Under the pieces are notes generated by a model that saw only the letters and a list, made by a program, of their open reading frames with translations, did no database searches and was not told where the DNA came from. A stretch of DNA of 64,000 nt from Eledone cirrhosa (Eukaryota). The number at the start of each line of letters is the position of its first letter. Within the stretch, counting starts at the first letter, position 1. Position numbers and translations under genes: made by a program. The DNA is taken from NCBI GenBank assembly GCA_964016885.1, contig OZ024754.1:34596001-34660000 (forward strand). The letters run 5' to 3'. This document shows, piece after piece, positions 58,735 through 64,000 of this stretch.

Positions 58735-58788
58735 GTTGCTATAAAAATTATAGACAAAGCACAGATGAACCCTTCCAGTTTACAAAAG
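58735..58788 (+). CDS. MARK: Internal 54-bp phase-0 exon of a MARK/Par-1 serine/threonine kinase (subdomain II, VAIKIIDKAQMNPSSLQK)
   Basis: Acceptor ttttaatcttttacAG and donor AAG|GTaaat. The peptide matches the MARK family consensus VAIKIIDKTQLNPSSLQK, and this 54-bp exon is recalled from vertebrate MARK genes. Too short to appear in the ORF track. Confidence 0.92.
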
Positions 58789-58808
58789 GTAAATATAAAA
58801 TTCTGCAC

Positions 58809-58965
58809 CACATGAAACCACATTAGCAAGGCATTCTTGAAAAGTACAAAACACTATGACTGTATCATATTTACTCTTAATGTCCTGTACCACATGAAAC
58901 CACATTAGGAAGACATTCTTGAAAAAGTACAAAACAACACTATGATTGCATCACATTAGAAATTA
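58809..58965. repeat. ~82-bp direct duplication immediately after the exon; a related sequence occurs at about 30885-30955
   Basis: ccacatgaaaccacattag.aag.cattcttgaaaagtacaaaac occurs twice. Confidence 0.75.
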
Positions 58966-59039
58966 AGGTTTTGCTCTACTATTGCAAATTTCCATGTTTT
59001 GTTGACTAGTAAAAAATATTATAAACATTATAAACATTA

Positions 59040-59372
59040 TCTGAAGCACTGATATAATTGGGCCAGCAAGCTAACACTCCTGAGGCAGACATCTGGACCA
59101 GCATAAGAGCACCTCTGAAGCACACATCTGGACCAGCATAAGAAGCACCCCTGAAGCACAGATATAGTTGGGCCAGCATAAGAAGACTCTTGAAATACAG
59201 ATATAGTTGGACCAGCATAAGAAGACTCTTGAAATACAGATATAGTTGGACCAGCATAAGAAGACTCTTGAAATACAGATATAGTTGGGCCAGCATAAGA
59301 GCACTCCTAAGGCACAGATATTACGGGGCCAGCATAAGAGCACTTCTGAAGCACAGATATTGTTGAGCCAAC
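59040..59372. repeat. Minisatellite with ~33-39-bp units (ggccagcataagagcac.cctgaagcacagatatagtt), ~9 copies
   Basis: Directly visible. Confidence 0.9.
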
Positions 59373-59476
59373 ATCTGAGCATTCTATGTAAGTTTTGCTT
59401 CAGTTTGATCTAAGGTCACTATTATGGACGGGAACAGAATTTCAGAGGGTGCAACTTTCCAGCCTATATGTAGATT

Positions 59477-59925
59477 ATCATCACCATTTTTACATCCTCT
59501 TTTCCATGCTTGCATGGGTTGGATGGTCCTTCTCAGCAGGCATCTCTCCACATATCACAATCCTTTGTTATTGCCTCTGTGAGTCTCAGTGATTTGAGAT
59601 CAGCTCTCACAACCTCTGCCCGGATCTTTCTCAGTCTACCTTTACTGCGACTTCCTTCCATTGGCCTTTCCTGGCACTTTTTCACACAACAATCATTGTC
59701 CATTCACATCACATGTCCAAACCAAGGCAATCTTCTCTCCTGCACACCACTTCGAATTCTACTTCAACTTCTCCAAGCTCTGCCTCTCACACCTATATTG
59801 CACATCCAATGGAGCATGGTTGCTTCATTTCTCTCCAGTCTACGCATGTCCTCTGCAGTCAAAGTCCATGTTGCACTACCTTGCAGCATCGCACTTCACA
59901 CACAGGCATCATACAGTCGTGTTTT
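59477..59925 (-). mobile_element. Degraded RTE 3' fragment with tail
   Basis: Reverse complement encodes RLYDACV.SAMLQGSATW...[18 protein letters not shown]. Tail ttccatgcttgcatgggttgga. Confidence 0.85.
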
Positions 59926-60165
59926 CATATGACCTTTTGTGGTCAACAGTGGGAATTGATTTAGATATAATAATAATTATATATATATATATATAAATAA
60001 ATAAATGTATGAGTAAAATTTGTTTGTGTAGATAAATGTACAAACAACAATAAAACAAGATTGCTTACCAAAGTATTTTTCTCAACATGGTCTTTGTAGG
60101 TTACAGTAATAGTCCAATAAGAGGGATCAGATAATAGTAGTCAGGTGGAAGATCATGGACTAATA

Positions 60166-60296
60166 ATATTTTTAAATGTATAGGAAAAACACACTAGGCA
60201 TGAAGTATATGTTAAAGAATGATCTTTTGATAAAATTCTTCATTTTTTTCTATACTTCATGCCTAGTGTTTGTTTTTCCTATACATTTAAAAATAT
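60166..60296. repeat. Inverted repeat with ~44-bp arms and a 41-bp spacer (small MITE-like hairpin)
   Basis: atatttttaaatgtataggaaaaacacactaggcatgaagtata and its reverse complement, with one 2-nt indel. Confidence 0.85.
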
Positions 60297-60496
60297 ATAT
60301 ATTATATCTATATATAATTTTGTATGAATAAAGCTCTGCAAAATATATAGATTTTAGTATGTATAATGTATATGAGCTGTTTATGGTATAATAGAATTGA
60401 AATAATTTTTATTTTATTCTATATGTATATATGTATATATATGTATGTATATGTATGTTTGTATGTATGCATGCATGCATGTATGTATGTATGTCA

Positions 60497-61013
60497 GGTC
60501 ACCAGTTGGTGCTACTGGTAACATGTATCCCAGTACAACCTGTCCCATGGTCAGGTTTTTTGGCGACTAAACTGGCAACCCCACCAAGGTTTCTTGGTGA
60601 GGAGGGTGACTTTGGACATCCTGCAGGACTAAAAACAAAACCTGTCTTAAGAGTCAATGGCCATCCAAAATCACCGGGAGAGATGACTCCTTAGCCTTTG
60701 TCAAGGCAGAATTCTAGGAGAAGGAAAACTCTGATATAACACCTGCAACCCTGATGGTATCCAATGATGTTGACTTGTTCTTTTTGGTAAATATCATCTT
60801 GGTTAAGAGAGTGGGACTGGTTTTGTGCAGTGCCTTTGCTCACTATAAAAGCTTCACGGCACAGGCATTGCTTTATATCTGGAGATCTCTCTGCACTTGT
60901 CGTCTCATGGTACCATGGGCCCAGCACTATGTGTCAATAATTGTCGCATCGGTAGGGGTTCTCCTACATGGATATAAAGTAGTGGCTGTACTCGAAAACG
61001 AGTTGGCAGCCAC

Positions 61014-61016
<3 letters not shown>
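60497..61016 (+). mobile_element. Second copy of the bipartite RTE-derived element, with 17-bp and 67-bp deletions
   Basis: Near-identical reverse complement of 5641-6244 with the same termini. Flanked by (TATG)n and (TG)n. Confidence 0.85.
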
Positions 61017-61046
<30 letters not shown>

Positions 61047-61049
<3 letters not shown>

Positions 61050-61077
61050 AGCTGAATGACCTGGCGTTGCCTGGGTT
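61047..61077 (-). mobile_element. Helitron-like 3' terminus
   Basis: Reverse complement cccaggcaacgccaggtcattcagCTAG|t: an imperfect GC hairpin shortly upstream of CTAG, followed by T. Confidence 0.5.
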
Positions 61078-61866
61078 ACTGCTGTTCTTATTCAGATTAG
61101 TAAACAATAAATATGATTTTTTTTTCTCATAATTATTTCAAAATATCTATATTTTATTAAAAAAATATCAATATTGTAATTTTAATAGGATTTAGAAATG
61201 AAAATCTGTCAATCTTGAAACACCTCAGGGTAAACAATATTCATTGTGTAATTTTTTGTTGGTGTCCAAATTAATAAATTGTTTCTGCTTCCAACTTGTG
61301 AGCAACCAACATAGAGTTGACCATGGGAGAAGCATGTAGTAGGGAGATCAAGTCCAACTACCTTGAGGGATTGACCTTAAGACTTGTTAATTGAAATAAC
61401 CCAACTTAGTTTGACTGGAAACTGAAGCTTCTTAAATTCAAATGAAACAGCTATGAGAGGAATTTTTAGAATAAAGATATTTTTTTTCAATATTGTAAAA
61501 AAATAAGTATCAACATCCAAAAGAAATATATATTAATCTCTATTTTTGTATGCAGTGTAAATTAACCAAATATAAGCAAATGTATTAACTGCTAATTTAA
61601 CAGTATGAGAATATAGATATAAACGAACAAGCACATGAACATACACTCATACAAACATACACTTACATTCATAAAATCACATAGTTTCACCCACGAACAC
61701 ATACACTTATAAAAAACAGACATACATTCATACAAACACACACAGTTTCACTTACCAGCACTTATGTCAGTCATCACAGAAATGTATGTATACTCACACA
61801 CATACTTGTCAGTCATCACATGTGTAGATGTGTGTGTGTGTGTGTGTGTGTGTGTTTAATTCTCTG

Positions 61867-63845
61867 TCATCATCATCATCATCATCGTTTAACGTCTATC
61901 TTCCACGCTAGCATGGGTTGAGACGGGATTTGTCCCACTTGAGGCAAGATTGGTTGTCTTGCTCGTATAGGACTGTCTGGCAGGTTTTCTACGGCTGGAT
62001 GCCCTTCCTAACACCAACCACGTTTACAGTGTGGACTGGAAGGTTTTTACCGTGTTACCTACACGGCCACATTACAGCGTGGACTGTGTGTTTTTTTTGT
62101 CGTGACACCTACACAACCTCATTTATTTAGGACTGGATGTTGTGGTACCAACATAACTTTACAGAGAAAGGGGTGGTGTTGATGGGGGTGGGAGTAGGGA
62201 TAGTGGGATGGGGGTCTATTTTTGGTTAAGAGGTGCCTATTGACTGTAGGTTTTGCTTTGTACATAGGTACATAGGCAAGGCGGGTCTTCTGTATTACTA
62301 TGTAGTGCCAAAGATCTCGGTCCAGTGACAATGTCTTGGAGAGGTGTAAGTGTGTGGGTTTGTCTACCCCGTAGCTTCCATCAATTTTGATCGCCCTGCA
62401 CTTTTTTATACAGCTGTCGTCTTTCATGCGCATCACGTGACCATACCAACGTAGTCTTCTCTTGAGTAAACAGCATCTGATCCCTCTTATTCCTAATTTC
62501 TCACTTAGTTCATTTATGCTTTGCTGTTCACGTATATTACTATTACACATCCAACGGAGCATGCAAGTTTCGTTCCTCTCCAGTCTGCGCAGATCCTCTG
62601 CATGCAATGCCCATGTCTCACTGCCATGTAACATTGTTGTTCGTATGCAGGCATCATACAGCCTGCCTTTCATTTTGAGAGAGAAACCTTCAGTGGCAAA
62701 TAGTGGTATAAGCTCTCTGAACTTTTTCCATCCCGTTCTGACTCTAGCTACTGTACTTTCAGAGAACCCTCCACCACTGCTGATTTTGTCACCCAGGTAA
62801 TGGAAGGTGTCCACTATTTCTATAGAACCATCTGGGCAATGGAAGGAGTTAGTATCCTGTGGGCACTTGCTACTTATTGCACCTGAACACCGGCCACATA
62901 TAAAATATCTATGTTCTTAGTTAGCTTACCTGTGATCTCACTACATCTTTTATGCACCCATACTTTGCATTTGGGACATAAAATGGAGTTTCTGCCTACT
63001 CCTTTCCTACACACTGAGCATGGCCATTTCCCAGAAGGGACCATTTTCCTTCCTACATACTAGAACTTTAGTCTTAGACAAGTTAACTTTAAGGCCTTTT
63101 GATTCTAGGCCATGCTTCCATGTTTGGAATTTCTTCTCTATATCAGCCATCAATTCAGCTATGACCGTTAGATCATTTGCATATAGAAGTTCCCATGGTC
63201 TTGAACTCCTCTGTTGTAGCCTGAAGGGCAATAATAAATAGGAGGGGGCTAAGGACAGAGCCCTGATGGACACCAACTTTTACGCTAAATTCTTCACTAT
63301 ATTCGTTGTTAATTCTAACCTTGCTGACTGTTTCTTTATACATGGCTTGTATAGCTCTCACAAGCCATTCATCAACACCTAGTTTTCTAAGAGCCCACCA
63401 GATAATGGAGCGGGGAACTCTGTCAAAGGCTTTCTCCAAGTCAACAAAAGCTAAGTATAGGGGTTTACTTTTAGCTAGGTAGTTCTGTAGTTGTCGTACA
63501 AGGAAAAGAGCGTCTGTGGTACTTTAATCTGACACAAACCCAAACTGCATTTCATCTCGATCAATTCGCTCTCTGATTAGTTGCGCTATAACTCTTTCTG
63601 TGACCTTCATGACCTGGTCAATTAATTTAATGCCTCTATAATTTCCCCTATCTAGGGCATCTCTTTTACCCTTGTAGCAGTTAATGATGCTGCTGCTATG
63701 CCAGTCATTTGGTATGACCCCATTCTGTATGATCCCGATGCTTTCAGCATTTCAGCAACTATCTCCGAAGGCCCAGCTGCTTTGCCTGTCTTCATATCAT
63801 TGATTGCCTTACTTATTATACTACCTTCAACTTGCACTGTGTGCT
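61867..63845 (-). mobile_element. Longer, frameshifted RTE-clade LINE copy (RT domain to (GAT)n tail), same family as 7449-8812
   Basis: MKTGKAAGP, QFGF, DLEKAFDRVPR, VGVHQGSVLSPLLF, LLYANDL and RRLRWYGHV, spread across several frames. Confidence 0.95.
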
Positions 63846-64000
63846 TGATTAAATATTTACATGAAGATGTGTGCATGTAACTTACTAAGGCCTAATGCAT
63901 GTAATGAAAGCGCACATGCACACACACACAATATGTGACGTCGTTGTTATAAGATGTCCATTTATTATAGTTGACTATAATAGATTATTTGAGATAAAAT

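Overview
AT-rich animal genomic DNA. The repeat families (RTE LINEs with (GAT)n tails, V-type and Meta-type SINEs, very long TA microsatellites) point to an octopus or other coleoid cephalopod; this is an inference. Bases 1-18190 are a compound (TA)n/(TATG)n/(TACA)n microsatellite field, so the long Y/I/M/C/H 'ORFs' there are artefacts. The field is interrupted by short islands: a 5'-truncated RTE LINE, a bipartite RTE-derived element, SINE tail stubs and three fold-back palindromes. Two of the palindromes fold back at the 3' half of a hammerhead ribozyme, as expected for Penelope-like pseudo-LTRs. A degenerate near-complete hammerhead lies at about 19.2 kb. The remainder is intron-like DNA full of SINEs, MITEs, LINE relics and minisatellites. 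The only host coding sequence I can support is a 54-bp + strand exon at 58735-58788 (VAIKIIDKAQMNPSSLQK) from a MARK/Par-1 kinase, so most or all of the window is probably intronic to that gene. Boundaries of degraded repeats are approximate.
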